DNA of 64,000 bases from contig JAFMFD010000009.1 of the NCBI GenBank assembly GCA_017856385.1, positions 10 to 64,009 of the forward strand, read 5' to 3'. The stretch's first letter is position 1, and each line of letters starts with the position of its first letter. Of the stretch, positions 18,562 through 27,612 are shown piece by piece. Origin of the DNA: Actinomycetota bacterium. GTDB lineage: Bacteria > Actinomycetota > Actinomycetes > S36-B12. Made by a program: the position numbers and the translations under genes. The notes under the pieces are model-generated. The model saw nothing but the letters and a program-made list of their open reading frames with translations, did no database searches and had not been told where the DNA came from.

Positions 18562-19674
18562 TCACCCGACGTCCTGGTGCCCGCCCGTGGCTCCGTACTC
18601 CTCCTCGGCGTGCAGGGCGAGCGAGGTGATCATCGGGAAGTCATTGAACGAGAACAGGAAGGCCGGGTTGTCGGGATCGTCGTTGGCGTGCTCGTGCCAG
18701 GCCCAGGACGGCACGCAGAAGATGTCGTGCTCCTGCCAGTCGAACCGCGTCCCGGCGATGATCGAGTGCCCGCGCCCCTCGGCCACGTGGTAGACGACCG
18801 AGCCGGTGTGCCGGTGGGCCTTGGTCGCCTGCCCGGGCTTGAGCATCTGCATGTGCGCGCCCATGGTGGGCATCACCGAGCCGCCGGTCACCGGGTTGAC
18901 GTACTCCATGATCACGCCGTCGTAGTCGGTGCCGTCGCTGACTCGGCCGAGGTTGACGAGCGCCTCGCGCGTCTGCGCCCATGGGTAGCCCAGGAGCGGG
19001 GAGTAGGCCTTGGTCCAGGTGCGCCGGTCCGGCTTCAGGATGCCGCTCCCGTGCGTGAGGATCGACGTGTTGGGCACTCGTCCGGGCACCTGGTAGAGGT
19101 CCGGATGGACCTCGTAGAAGTTCGCGTCGAGGGCGTTGACGAGCGGAATGTCGAGGCCGTCCTGCCAGATGACGAAGTTGTCGGAGGCCTCGTTGCCGTG
19201 CTCGTGCCAGGTGCCGTTCGGGGTAATGGCGAAGTCGTTCGGCCCGACCACGAGCCGGTCGCCATCGACGATGGTCCAGGCGCCCGTGCCCTCGATGACG
19301 AACCTCAGGGCGGAGGCGGCATGCCGGTGGGCGGTCATCGACTCGCCCGGGTTCATGATCTGGATGCCGCTGTAGAGCAGCCCCACCGCGGCCTTGACGT
19401 CCTTGCGCTCGTCGTTGACGAGGTAGACGACCCGGCGGCCGGCGTCATCGCCCTGGACCAGTGAGGCCGACTCCACGACGAGGGGCCGCATCTCCGAGTA
19501 GCGCCACAGCATGGGGATGGACCGGGGCTGGGGGTACCACGGCTCGATCTCGTTGGCGACGGTCCACAGCGCCCCGGTGCCCAGCTTCTCGAGCCGTGCG
19601 TAGTACTCCTCCAGCTCGGGGGTTTCGGCGACGCGCGCCCGCCCGATCGCCGAGTCGTCCATCTGTCGTGTCAT
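18562..19674 (-). CDS. gentisate 1,2-dioxygenase-family bicupin ring-cleavage dioxygenase
   Basis: N-terminal ELEEYYARLEKLGTGALWTV..., first cupin GESMTAHRHAASALRFVIEG (HRH metal site), second cupin GQATKAHRHTGSVVYHVAEG...WHEH. Confidence 0.8.
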   Translation of the reverse strand: MTRQMDDSAIGRARVAETPELEEYYARLEKLGTGALWTVANEIEPWYPQPRSIPMLWRYSEMRPLVVESASLVQGDDAGRRVVYLVNDERKDVKAAVGLLYSGIQIMNPGESMTAHRHAASALRFVIEGTGAWTIVDGDRLVVGPNDFAITPNGTWHEHGNEASDNFVIWQDGLDIPLVNALDANFYEVHPDLYQVPGRVPNTSILTHGSGILKPDRRTWTKAYSPLLGYPWAQTREALVNLGRVSDGTDYDGVIMEYVNPVTGGSVMPTMGAHMQMLKPGQATKAHRHTGSVVYHVAEGRGHSIIAGTRFDWQEHDIFCVPSWAWHEHANDDPDNPAFLFSFNDFPMITSLALHAEEEYGATGGHQDVG

Positions 19675-19764
19675 CGCAGCCTCGCCCGCTCACGTCCCGA
19701 TTACCCGGGTGAGCCTACTGCCCGGCCTGAGCGGGTGCTACGGTCCGACCGTCGAAAGCGAGCC

Positions 19765-20787
19765 ATGGACTATCCCCGATTCCGGGCCGCAGCCGTGCAG
19801 GCCGCGCCCGTCTTCCTCGACACCGATGCGACCGTCGACAAGGCGTGCTCCCTGATCGCCGAGGCGGCCACCGCCGGCGCGCAGCTGGTCGTCTTCCCCG
19901 AGGTGTTCGTGCCCGGGTACCCGTACTGGAACTGGACGATGACCCCCATCGCCGGCAGCCCGTGGTTCGAGCGGCTCTTCAAGGCCGCGGTCGACATCCC
20001 GGGCCCGCACATCGACCGCCTGTGCGCCGCCGCACGGGCCGCTGGTGCCTTCGTCGTCATGGGCGTCAATGAGCGCGACCCGTACTCGATGGGCACGCTC
20101 TACAACACGCTGGTCTTCATCTCCGACACGGGCGAGGTGCTGGGGACGCACCGCAAGCTGGTCCCCACCTGGGCCGAGAAGCTCACCTGGGCGGGAGGCG
20201 ACGGCAGCTCGCTGCGCGTGTACGACACGACGATTGGACGTCTGGGCGGCCTCGCCTGCGGTGAGAACACCAACACCCTCGCGCGCTTCGCCCTGCTGGC
20301 GCAGGGCGAGAACGTGCACACCGCCAACTACATCGCCCTCCCCACGGCTCCTGAGGACTACGACATGGTCGAGGCGATCAAGGTGCGCGCGATGGCCCAC
20401 TCGTTCGAGGGCAAGGTGTTCACGGTGGTGTCCTGCTCGGCCCTGACGCCGTCGGTCATCGACGTGGTCGCGCACGATGCTGAGTCCCGGCGGCTGCTCA
20501 GTCGCCGGCACTCTGCCGTGAGCTGCATCGTGGGCCCGGACGGCCGGCTCATCGGGGACGCCCTGATCGACGACGAGGGCATCGTCTATGCCGACATCGA
20601 CCTCAACCGCTGCATCCAGGCCAAGCAGATGCACGACATCATCGGCCATTACAACCGCTTCGACGTGTTCTCGTTGCGAGTCAATCGTCGCCCCGCCACT
20701 GCACTCGCGTTCGAGGACGCGGAGTTCGAGGCGATCACCCGTACGTCAACGCCCGAATCACCCGTGGAATCCCAGCAGGAGGACTAG
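19765..20787 (+). CDS. nitrilase / carbon-nitrogen hydrolase (nitrilase branch)
   Basis: Glu-Lys-Cys triad contexts VVFPEVFVPGYP, THRKLVPTWAEK, GGLACGENTN. About 340 aa with the C-terminal extension typical of true nitrilases. Start set at ATG 19765. Confidence 0.75.
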   Translation: MDYPRFRAAAVQAAPVFLDTDATVDKACSLIAEAATAGAQLVVFPEVFVPGYPYWNWTMTPIAGSPWFERLFKAAVDIPGPHIDRLCAAARAAGAFVVMGVNERDPYSMGTLYNTLVFISDTGEVLGTHRKLVPTWAEKLTWAGGDGSSLRVYDTTIGRLGGLACGENTNTLARFALLAQGENVHTANYIALPTAPEDYDMVEAIKVRAMAHSFEGKVFTVVSCSALTPSVIDVVAHDAESRRLLSRRHSAVSCIVGPDGRLIGDALIDDEGIVYADIDLNRCIQAKQMHDIIGHYNRFDVFSLRVNRRPATALAFEDAEFEAITRTSTPESPVESQQED

Positions 20788-20789
20788 CC

Positions 20790-21692
20790 ATGCGACTGTG
20801 CACTTTCTCGATCGACGCCGACCCCCGGCCGCGACTGGGGGCCTTCGTCGACGAGTCGACGGTCGTCGACCTCGTGACGGGACTGTCGGGTCTCGTCGAC
20901 GTCCCCCCAACCATGATCGACTTCATCAACGCGGGGTCGGTCCTGCACGACGCGGTCCGTGAGGCGCTGGCGTCCACGACCGCTTGGTCGGAGGGCGCGA
21001 CCTTCGACCCGGCAGCCATCCGCCTGCACGCGCCGCTGCGCCCGGGCAAGGTCGTGGGGGTCGGCCTGAACTACGTCGAGCACGTCGAGGAGTCCAGCCG
21101 GACGCTCGACACCGCCAAGGAACTGCCGGATCGGCCTGTGCTGTTCAGCAAGCCCGGCACCGCCATCGTGGGCCCCGACCAGCCGATCCGCCACAATGCG
21201 GCGCTCACGCAGCAGCTGGACTGGGAGTGCGAGCTGGCCGTGGTCATGGGTCGGACTGCGCTGGAGGTCTCCGCCGACGATGCCATGGACTACGTGTTCG
21301 GCTACAGCATCGTCAACGACATCAGCGCCCGCGATCAGCGCCGCTCCGGCCAGTGGTTCTACTCCAAGGGCCAGGACAGCTTCGCGCCCTTCGGGCCAGT
21401 GATCGTCACCGCCGACGAGATCGGCGATCCCCACACCCTGCAGCTCCGGCTGACCGTCAACGGGGACCAGCGGCAGAACGGCAACTCGCGGCACATGCTG
21501 TTCCGGATCCCGGTGCTCATCGCCGACATCACGGCGGGCATGACCCTCGAGCCCGGCGACGTCATCGCGACCGGATCCCCCCAGGGCGTGGGCGCGGCCA
21601 TGGACCCGCCCACCTTCCTGCAGCCCGGTGACGTCGTTGAGTGTTCGATCGAGCGCATCGGGACCCTCCGGAATCCCGTCGTCGCGGTCTGA
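20790..21692 (+). CDS. fumarylacetoacetate hydrolase (FAH) family protein
   Basis: GKVVGVGLNYVEH...VLFSKPGTAIVGP...DWECELAVVMG...GYSIVNDISARD...SKGQDSFAPFGP...GDVIATGSPQGVG. Starts 2 nt after the nitrilase stop. Confidence 0.85.
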   Translation: MRLCTFSIDADPRPRLGAFVDESTVVDLVTGLSGLVDVPPTMIDFINAGSVLHDAVREALASTTAWSEGATFDPAAIRLHAPLRPGKVVGVGLNYVEHVEESSRTLDTAKELPDRPVLFSKPGTAIVGPDQPIRHNAALTQQLDWECELAVVMGRTALEVSADDAMDYVFGYSIVNDISARDQRRSGQWFYSKGQDSFAPFGPVIVTADEIGDPHTLQLRLTVNGDQRQNGNSRHMLFRIPVLIADITAGMTLEPGDVIATGSPQGVGAAMDPPTFLQPGDVVECSIERIGTLRNPVVAV

Positions 21693-21775
21693 TCTGGATA
21701 ACTATCTGCGCAAAGTGGATAGATCCTCGGGCCCGGCTGCCCGATAGTGGCCCTCAGCACCCAGAAGGAGGAGAC

Positions 21776-22876
21776 ATGACCAAGGCCATCCTGGACGGCA
21801 GGGACTTCAAGCTCGGCCTGTTCTCGTCGAACTGCTCATCCGGCATGGCGGTCACCAAGGTGGCCGACCGCTGGACCGGCAGCTGGGACGACAACCTGCG
21901 ACTGGTCCGGATCGCCGACGAGGTGGGCATCGACTTCCTGCTCCCCATCGCGCGCTGGATCGGCTACGGGGGCGAGACCAACTTCCACGAGGGCGTACTC
22001 GACCCGATCACCTGGGCGGCGGGCCTGCTCGCGAACTCCAAGCGCATCTTCGTCTTCGCCACGGTCCACACGGCGTTCAACCATCCGATCGTGGTGGCCA
22101 AGCAGATGGCGACCGTCGACCAGATCTCGCACGGCCGCGCGGGCATCAACGTCGTGGCCGGCTGGAACCAGCCCGAGTACGAGACCTTCGGCATGGACCT
22201 CCCGCAGGACCACAACGACCGCTATGCGCTCGCGCAGGAGTGGCTCGACGTCATCCTGAAGATCTGGACCACGCCGGGCCAGTTCGACTGGGACGGGCAG
22301 TTCTTCCATCTCAAGCATGTCGAGAGCCTGCCCAAGCCCTACGACGGGCCGCTGCCGATCCTGAACGCAGGCTCATCCGTCCAGGGCCGGGCCTACGCGG
22401 CGCGAAACGCGAACTTCGGCTTCACCATCGTCGGTGGCCCCGAGGACGGCGCCGGGGTCGTCACCGAGTACACCAAGCTCGCGAAGGACCAGTTCCAGCG
22501 CACGATGGGCTACTTCACCCTCGGCCACTGCGTGGTGCGCCCCACCCGCAAGGAGGCTGAGGACTTCCTCAAGTGGTACGCCGACGACAACGCGGACTGG
22601 GATGCCGTCGACAACCTCATGCGGCTCCAGGGCATGCACGCGCAGTCCTTCACGCCGGAGATGCTGGAGATGTTCCGCGGTCGCTTCGCGGCCGGGCACG
22701 GCACCTGCCCCATCATCGGCACGCCGGACGACGTCGCGGACGAGATCGAGCGCTTCGCGAAGGCGGGCTTCTCGGGCATGACGCTGTCGTTCCTGGACTA
22801 CGCGGAGGAGCTGCCGTACTTCGCGCAGGAGGTCCTGCCGCGCCTCGAGGCCAAGGGTGTCCGCCTGCCACGGTAG
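21776..22876 (+). CDS. LLM-class flavin-dependent monooxygenase, RutA/SfnG-like subgroup
   Basis: ATG 21776 after GAAGGAGGAG. ARWIGYGGETNFHEGVLDPITWAAGLL...VAKQMATVDQISHGRAGINVVAGWNQPEYETFG aligns by eye with the RutA core (GFGGKTEFW...[26 protein letters not shown]). Confidence 0.8.
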   Translation: MTKAILDGRDFKLGLFSSNCSSGMAVTKVADRWTGSWDDNLRLVRIADEVGIDFLLPIARWIGYGGETNFHEGVLDPITWAAGLLANSKRIFVFATVHTAFNHPIVVAKQMATVDQISHGRAGINVVAGWNQPEYETFGMDLPQDHNDRYALAQEWLDVILKIWTTPGQFDWDGQFFHLKHVESLPKPYDGPLPILNAGSSVQGRAYAARNANFGFTIVGGPEDGAGVVTEYTKLAKDQFQRTMGYFTLGHCVVRPTRKEAEDFLKWYADDNADWDAVDNLMRLQGMHAQSFTPEMLEMFRGRFAAGHGTCPIIGTPDDVADEIERFAKAGFSGMTLSFLDYAEELPYFAQEVLPRLEAKGVRLPR

Positions 22877-22892
22877 GTGGTAGGCAGGTGAC

Positions 22893-23507
22893 GTGACTCA
22901 GCGCCGGGAGATCGACCCCGCCGGATCGTCGGCGGTCTACCCACTGCTCGGTGCGCTGGTGACTCCCCGGCCGATCGCCTGGGTGTCCACGGTGTCCGAT
23001 GAGGGAGTCGACAACCTCGCGCCCCACTCGTTCTACCAGGTGGTGAGCACCAGGCCGCCCGTTGTCATGATCGCCTCGATCGGCGAGAAGGACACCGTGC
23101 GCAACATCCGCGCGGTCGGGGAGTTCGTGGTGTGCGGGTCACCGGCGTCGATGATCGACGAGATCAACCTGACCAGCGTCGAGTTCCCGCACGGCGTCAG
23201 CGAGTTCGACGAGATCGGCCTGACGCGCGAGCCGAGTGCGCGGGTCCGGCCGCCGCGCGTGGCTGAGTCCCCGTATGCGCTGGAGTGCCGCTGCATCGAG
23301 CTGCGCGAGGTGGGCAACGCCATCCTCGTGCTCGGGGAGGTCGTCCACATTGCGATCACGGAGGACGCCTTCGAGGGCGATGTCCTCGAGGCGACGCGGC
23401 TGGACCCGGTCGCCCGCCTGGGCGGCAGCCAGTGGAGCAGTTTGGGGGAGATTCGCGACGTGCCTCGGCTGACGCTGGAGGAGTTCGGCTCGATCAGCCG
23501 GCCATGA
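22893..23507 (+). CDS. flavin reductase family protein (two-component monooxygenase partner)
   Basis: LGALVTPRPIAWVSTVSDEGVDNLAPHSFYQVVSTRPPVV is typical of the Flavin_Reduct family. GTG start 16 nt after the LLM stop. Confidence 0.8.
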   Translation: MTQRREIDPAGSSAVYPLLGALVTPRPIAWVSTVSDEGVDNLAPHSFYQVVSTRPPVVMIASIGEKDTVRNIRAVGEFVVCGSPASMIDEINLTSVEFPHGVSEFDEIGLTREPSARVRPPRVAESPYALECRCIELREVGNAILVLGEVVHIAITEDAFEGDVLEATRLDPVARLGGSQWSSLGEIRDVPRLTLEEFGSISRP

Positions 23508-24261
23508 AGCGGCCGCCGTTGACGTCGAGCACCGCACCGGTGATGTACGACGACTGATCACTGGCCAGGAACAGCACTGGATCGACGCACTCGCTGATCG
23601 CGGGCATCCGCCGCAGCGGGATGGAGTCGAGAACCTCGTCACGGTCATGCTCGCTCATGGCATCGAACATGCCCTGCAGCCGACCGGTGAGGAACAGCCC
23701 GGGGGCGATGGCGTTGACGCGGATGCCGTCGGGGCCCACCTCGCGGGCGAGGCGCCGGGTCAGGCCCAGGATGCCGGCCTTGGCCGCGGCGTAGGGGATG
23801 CCGGTGACCGGGCTCGTGCTGCGTCCACCGATGGAGGAGAAGGTGACGATCGAGCCGCCGCCCGCGGCGCGCATGTGGGGCACGCTGGCCACCGCACAGT
23901 GGTAGGTGCCCTTGATGTTCACGTCGATGACCAGGTCGAGGTCGGCGGGCGAGATGTCCTCGAGATCGCGGGGCGTTCCCAGTGATCCGCCGGCTGCGGC
24001 GACGAGGACGTTCAGGCCCCCCAGCTGCGCGGCTGCGGCGTCGACGGACTCGCGCACGGCGTCGGGGTCGCGGACGTCGACGACAGCGCCGCGGGCGGGG
24101 ATCCCCGCCGCCTGGAGGTGCTGCAGCCCTGACGTGAGGGCCTGCTCGCTGGCGTCGACAAGCCAGACGGAGGCCCCCTCGCGCCCCAGGGCTTCGGCGA
24201 TGGCCAGGCCGAGCCCGCCGCCACCCCCGGTGACGAGGGCGACCCTTCCGGTGAACCGCAT
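23494..24261 (-). CDS. SDR family oxidoreductase
   Basis: TGGGGGLG cofactor motif, NVLVAAAG, catalytic S...YAAAK. Its 3' end overlaps the convergent flavin reductase by 14 nt. Confidence 0.85.
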   Translation of the reverse strand: MRFTGRVALVTGGGGGLGLAIAEALGREGASVWLVDASEQALTSGLQHLQAAGIPARGAVVDVRDPDAVRESVDAAAAQLGGLNVLVAAAGGSLGTPRDLEDISPADLDLVIDVNIKGTYHCAVASVPHMRAAGGGSIVTFSSIGGRSTSPVTGIPYAAAKAGILGLTRRLAREVGPDGIRVNAIAPGLFLTGRLQGMFDAMSEHDRDEVLDSIPLRRMPAISECVDPVLFLASDQSSYITGAVLDVNGGRFMAG

Positions 24262-24384
24262 GGTTCATCCTCCCGCACGAGGTCGCGATGGGCTCCGGAT
24301 GCCTATCTGCCCGACCAGATATACCGTACTATTGTCGACAGTCACAAATACGCGAGATACTCTGAGGCCGTGAGGGGAGCGCCA

Positions 24385-26742
24385 ATGCGGATCGCGGTCA
24401 TCGGTGGTGGCCCCGGCGGCCTGTACTTCTCCAGCCTGATCAAGCAGCTCGACCCCTCGACCGACATCACCGTGTGGGAGCGCAACGCCCCCGACGACAC
24501 CTTCGGGTTCGGCGTGGTCTTCAGCGACCAGACCCTCAGCGGCATCCGGGCCTCCGACCCCTCCGTCTTCGCGGACATGGGCCGCTCCTTCGCCTACTGG
24601 GACGACGTCGACGTCGACATCGACGGGGTCCGCTTCACGGTCGCGGGCAACGGCTTCGCGGCGATGAGCCGCAAGGAGCTGCTGCATGTCCTGCAGGGCC
24701 GCGCGCATGACCACGGCGTCCCTATCCACTTCAGCACCGAGGCCCCGCCCGTCGAGCAGCTGATGGCCGAGTACGACCTCGTCATCGCGTGCGACGGCAT
24801 CAACAGCGCGGTGCGCGAGCAGTTCGCGCAGGAGTTCGGCACGACGGTGGATCCGCGGGTGTGCAAGTACATGTGGCTGGGCACCGACCTCGTCTTCGAA
24901 GCCTTCGAGTTCTTCATCCGCAACACCCCCTACGGCGTGATGCAGGTGCACGCGTACCCGATGGACGCACACATGAGCACCTTCATCGTCGAGATGCACG
25001 AGGACGTCTGGCGTGCTGCCGGGTTCGACGCCGTCGATCCGGCGTCGCTGCCGCCGGGTGTGAGCGATGAGGCCAGCATCGCGAAGATCAAGGAGGTCTT
25101 CGCCGACGTGCTCGAGGGTCACTCGCTCGTAGCCAACAACAGCAAGTGGGTCGCCTTCCGCACGATCCGCAACCAGACGCTCGTGCACGGCAACCTCGTC
25201 CTGATGGGCGACTCTGCGCACACGGCCCACTTCAGCATCGGCTCCGGTACCAAGCTCGCGATGGAGGACGCGCTCGCCCTGGCGGCCTGCGTGCGGGAGC
25301 AGCCCACGGTCGAGGCAGCCCTGAAGGCCTACGACCAGGAGCGCGGCCCCGTCATCAAGAGCACGCAGCGCTCAGCACAGGCCAGCCTGGAGTGGTTCGA
25401 GGAGTTGTCGCAGTACTCGGGGCAGGACCCGGTGCAGTTCGCGTTCAACCTGATGACCCGCAGCCGTCGCATCACGTACGGCAACCTGCAGGAGCGCGAC
25501 CCCTCCTTCGTCCGCCAGGTCGACGACTGGCTGCTCGAGCACGAGATCGCGCGCGGTCGTGTGCCTGCGGGCACGGCCAGCGTGCCGCCGATGTTCCTGC
25601 CGTACCAGGTGCGGGGCGTGCTCCTGCCGAACCGAGTCGCGGTGTCCGCCATGGACATGTACTCGTGCGTCGACGGCGTTCCCGGTGACTTCCATCTCGT
25701 CCACCTCGGCAGCAAGGCGCTCGGCGGCGCCGGCCTGGTCATGACCGAGATGGTCTGCGTGTCAGCCGAGGGTCGCATCACCCCCGGGTGCGGCGGACTG
25801 TGGAACGACGAGCAGGAGCGGGCCTGGAAACGCATCGTCGACTTCGGCCACACCACCTTCGCGAAGATGGGCATCCAGGTCGGCCACTCCGGTCGAAAGG
25901 GCTCGACGAAGCTCATGTGGGACGGCATCGACCAGCCGCTCGACGAGGGCAACTGGCCGATCCTGGGCCCGTCGCCCCTGCCCTACCTGCCACACAGTCA
26001 GGTACCGGCCGAGATGACCCGGGCCGACATGCAGGAGGTGCTCGACCAGTTCGTCGAGACGGCCCAGCGCGCGGCGCGAGCAGGTTTCGACGTCCTTGAG
26101 CTGCACTGCGCGCACGGCTACCTGCTGTCCAGCTTCCTGACCCCGGTGTCCAACCAGCGCACCGACGAGTACGGCGGCTCGCTGGAGAACCGGCTGCGGT
26201 ACCCGCTCGAGGTCTTCGATGCGGTGCGCGCCGCCTGGCCGGAAGACCGCCCGATGTTCGTGCGCATCTCGGCCACCGACTGGGTACCCGATGGCATCTC
26301 CTTCGACGACGTGCTCGCCATCGCCGGTGCCTTCAAGGATCACGGAACCGACGTCATTGACGTGTCCTCCGGGCAGACCACGCCCGATGCCAAGCCCCTG
26401 TACGGCCGCTCCTACCAGACGCCGTTCTCCGACCGGATCCGCAACATCGTCGGCATCGACACCATGGCCGTGGGTGCGATCAGCTCGTGGGACGACGTCA
26501 ACACGAACATCGCCGCAGGCCGATCCGACCTGTGCGCGATCGGGCGCCCCCACCTGTACGACCCGCAGTGGACCCTGCATGCCGCAGCCGACCAGGGCGT
26601 TCAGGTGCCGTGGCCGCTGCCGTACGTCGGCGGCAGCTGGAAGCCTCCTGCCGGTCGTGCGGAGGACCCCAAGCCGCGGCTCGAGCTCGTTCCGCAGAGC
26701 ACGTCAGTCAATCGACCGAAGCGCTGGCGGCCGCACTCCTAG
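24385..26742 (+). CDS. bifunctional FAD aromatic monooxygenase / Old-Yellow-Enzyme-type NAD(P)H:flavin oxidoreductase (salicylyl-CoA 5-hydroxylase / 2-aminobenzoyl-CoA monooxygenase-reductase family)
   Basis: N-terminal [14 protein letters not shown] (GxGxxG) ...[23 protein letters not shown]-terminal half [12 protein letters not shown]...[12 protein letters not shown]...[14 protein letters not shown] = OYE fold. About 785 aa single chain; SD GAGGGGAG before ATG 24385. Confidence 0.75.
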   Translation: MRIAVIGGGPGGLYFSSLIKQLDPSTDITVWERNAPDDTFGFGVVFSDQTLSGIRASDPSVFADMGRSFAYWDDVDVDIDGVRFTVAGNGFAAMSRKELLHVLQGRAHDHGVPIHFSTEAPPVEQLMAEYDLVIACDGINSAVREQFAQEFGTTVDPRVCKYMWLGTDLVFEAFEFFIRNTPYGVMQVHAYPMDAHMSTFIVEMHEDVWRAAGFDAVDPASLPPGVSDEASIAKIKEVFADVLEGHSLVANNSKWVAFRTIRNQTLVHGNLVLMGDSAHTAHFSIGSGTKLAMEDALALAACVREQPTVEAALKAYDQERGPVIKSTQRSAQASLEWFEELSQYSGQDPVQFAFNLMTRSRRITYGNLQERDPSFVRQVDDWLLEHEIARGRVPAGTASVPPMFLPYQVRGVLLPNRVAVSAMDMYSCVDGVPGDFHLVHLGSKALGGAGLVMTEMVCVSAEGRITPGCGGLWNDEQERAWKRIVDFGHTTFAKMGIQVGHSGRKGSTKLMWDGIDQPLDEGNWPILGPSPLPYLPHSQVPAEMTRADMQEVLDQFVETAQRAARAGFDVLELHCAHGYLLSSFLTPVSNQRTDEYGGSLENRLRYPLEVFDAVRAAWPEDRPMFVRISATDWVPDGISFDDVLAIAGAFKDHGTDVIDVSSGQTTPDAKPLYGRSYQTPFSDRIRNIVGIDTMAVGAISSWDDVNTNIAAGRSDLCAIGRPHLYDPQWTLHAAADQGVQVPWPLPYVGGSWKPPAGRAEDPKPRLELVPQSTSVNRPKRWRPHS

Positions 26743-26748
26743 GCCACA

Positions 26749-26793
26749 ACAATGGGCGAACGCCCGAGGAGACAATGGGCGAACGCCCCAGGA
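26749..26793. repeat. tandem 23-bp direct repeat (2 copies) between the hydroxylase stop and the cyclase RBS
   Basis: ACAATGGGCGAACGCCCgAGGA(g) / ACAATGGGCGAACGCCCcAGGA(a). The 17-nt core is identical (26749-26765 and 26772-26788). Each copy contains the inverted half-sites GGGCG-AA-CGCCC. Confidence 0.9.
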
Positions 26794-26804
26794 AAGGAAG
26801 TCGC

Positions 26805-27578
26805 ATGTCCGACCTTGCGAAGCTCGCCGCAGGACTCGTCGACGGTTCGGTGCAGGTCATCGACCTCACCTCGCCGCTGCACTCGGGGACACCGATCCTC
26901 GCGCTGCCGCCGGAGATGGGCCAGACGGCCGTCTTCGAACTCGAGGAGATCAGCCGCTACGACGATCGCGGGCCTGCCTGGTACTGGAACAACTTCCGCA
27001 CCGGCGAGCACACGGGCACGCACTTCGATGCCCCGAACCACTGGGTGACGGGCAAGGATCTCGATGACGTCAGCCAGGTTCCTGCCCAGCGCCTCGTCGG
27101 GCCCGCCGTGGTGATCGACAAGACCGCTGAGGTGGCCGCGAACCCGGACTACTGCCTCTCGCTCGACGACGTCAAGGCGTGGGAGGCCGAGAACGGCCCG
27201 CTGCCTGAGCACGCCTGGGTTCTGTTCCGCACGGGCTGGTCGCAGTACGGCGACGATCCGGCGGCGTTCGCCAACGCCGACGAGAACGGTCCGCACACCC
27301 CCGGCGTGACGCCCGAGGCGGCGCGCTACCTGGCCGAGAGCACCGACATCCTCGGCTGGGGGGTCGAGACCGTCGGCACCGATGCCGGTGGCGCCTTCGC
27401 GTTCGACCCGCCGTTCCCGTGCCACGCGATGTTCATGGGCGCCAACAAGTACGGCCTGACGCAGCTGCGCAATCTCGACAAGCTGCCGGCGAGCGGCGCG
27501 GTCGTGATCGCGGCTCCGCTGCCGATCGTCAAGGGCTCGGGCAGTCCCTGCCGGGTCCTGGCGCTGGTCGCGCGCTAG
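26805..27578 (+). CDS. cyclase-family metal hydrolase (kynurenine formamidase / isatin hydrolase family)
   Basis: ATG 26805 after GGAAAGGAAG. Signature GEHTGTHFDAPNHW (HxGTHxDxPxH). Confidence 0.8.
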   Translation: MSDLAKLAAGLVDGSVQVIDLTSPLHSGTPILALPPEMGQTAVFELEEISRYDDRGPAWYWNNFRTGEHTGTHFDAPNHWVTGKDLDDVSQVPAQRLVGPAVVIDKTAEVAANPDYCLSLDDVKAWEAENGPLPEHAWVLFRTGWSQYGDDPAAFANADENGPHTPGVTPEAARYLAESTDILGWGVETVGTDAGGAFAFDPPFPCHAMFMGANKYGLTQLRNLDKLPASGAVVIAAPLPIVKGSGSPCRVLALVAR

Positions 27579-27591
27579 TCCCGCAGCGGCT

Positions 27592-27612
27592 GGACCTGCA
27601 GGGATCAGGTCC
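27592..27612. terminator. hairpin between convergent genes (possible bidirectional terminator)
   Basis: GGACCTG-cagggat-CAGGTCC, 7-bp stem, overlapping the stop of the minus-strand gene. No U-tract. Confidence 0.3.

Noticed and set aside
19765-20787. Nitrilase as part of a Nit1C-type conserved nitrilase cluster
   Set aside because: The defining neighbours (radical SAM, GNAT, AIR-synthase-like, flavin monooxygenase in fixed order) are absent.
26752-27048. 98-aa ORF starting at the ATG inside the first copy of the tandem repeat
   Set aside because: It is out of frame with, and largely overlaps, the well-supported cyclase gene. Its translation is Arg/Ser/Pro-rich with no motif.
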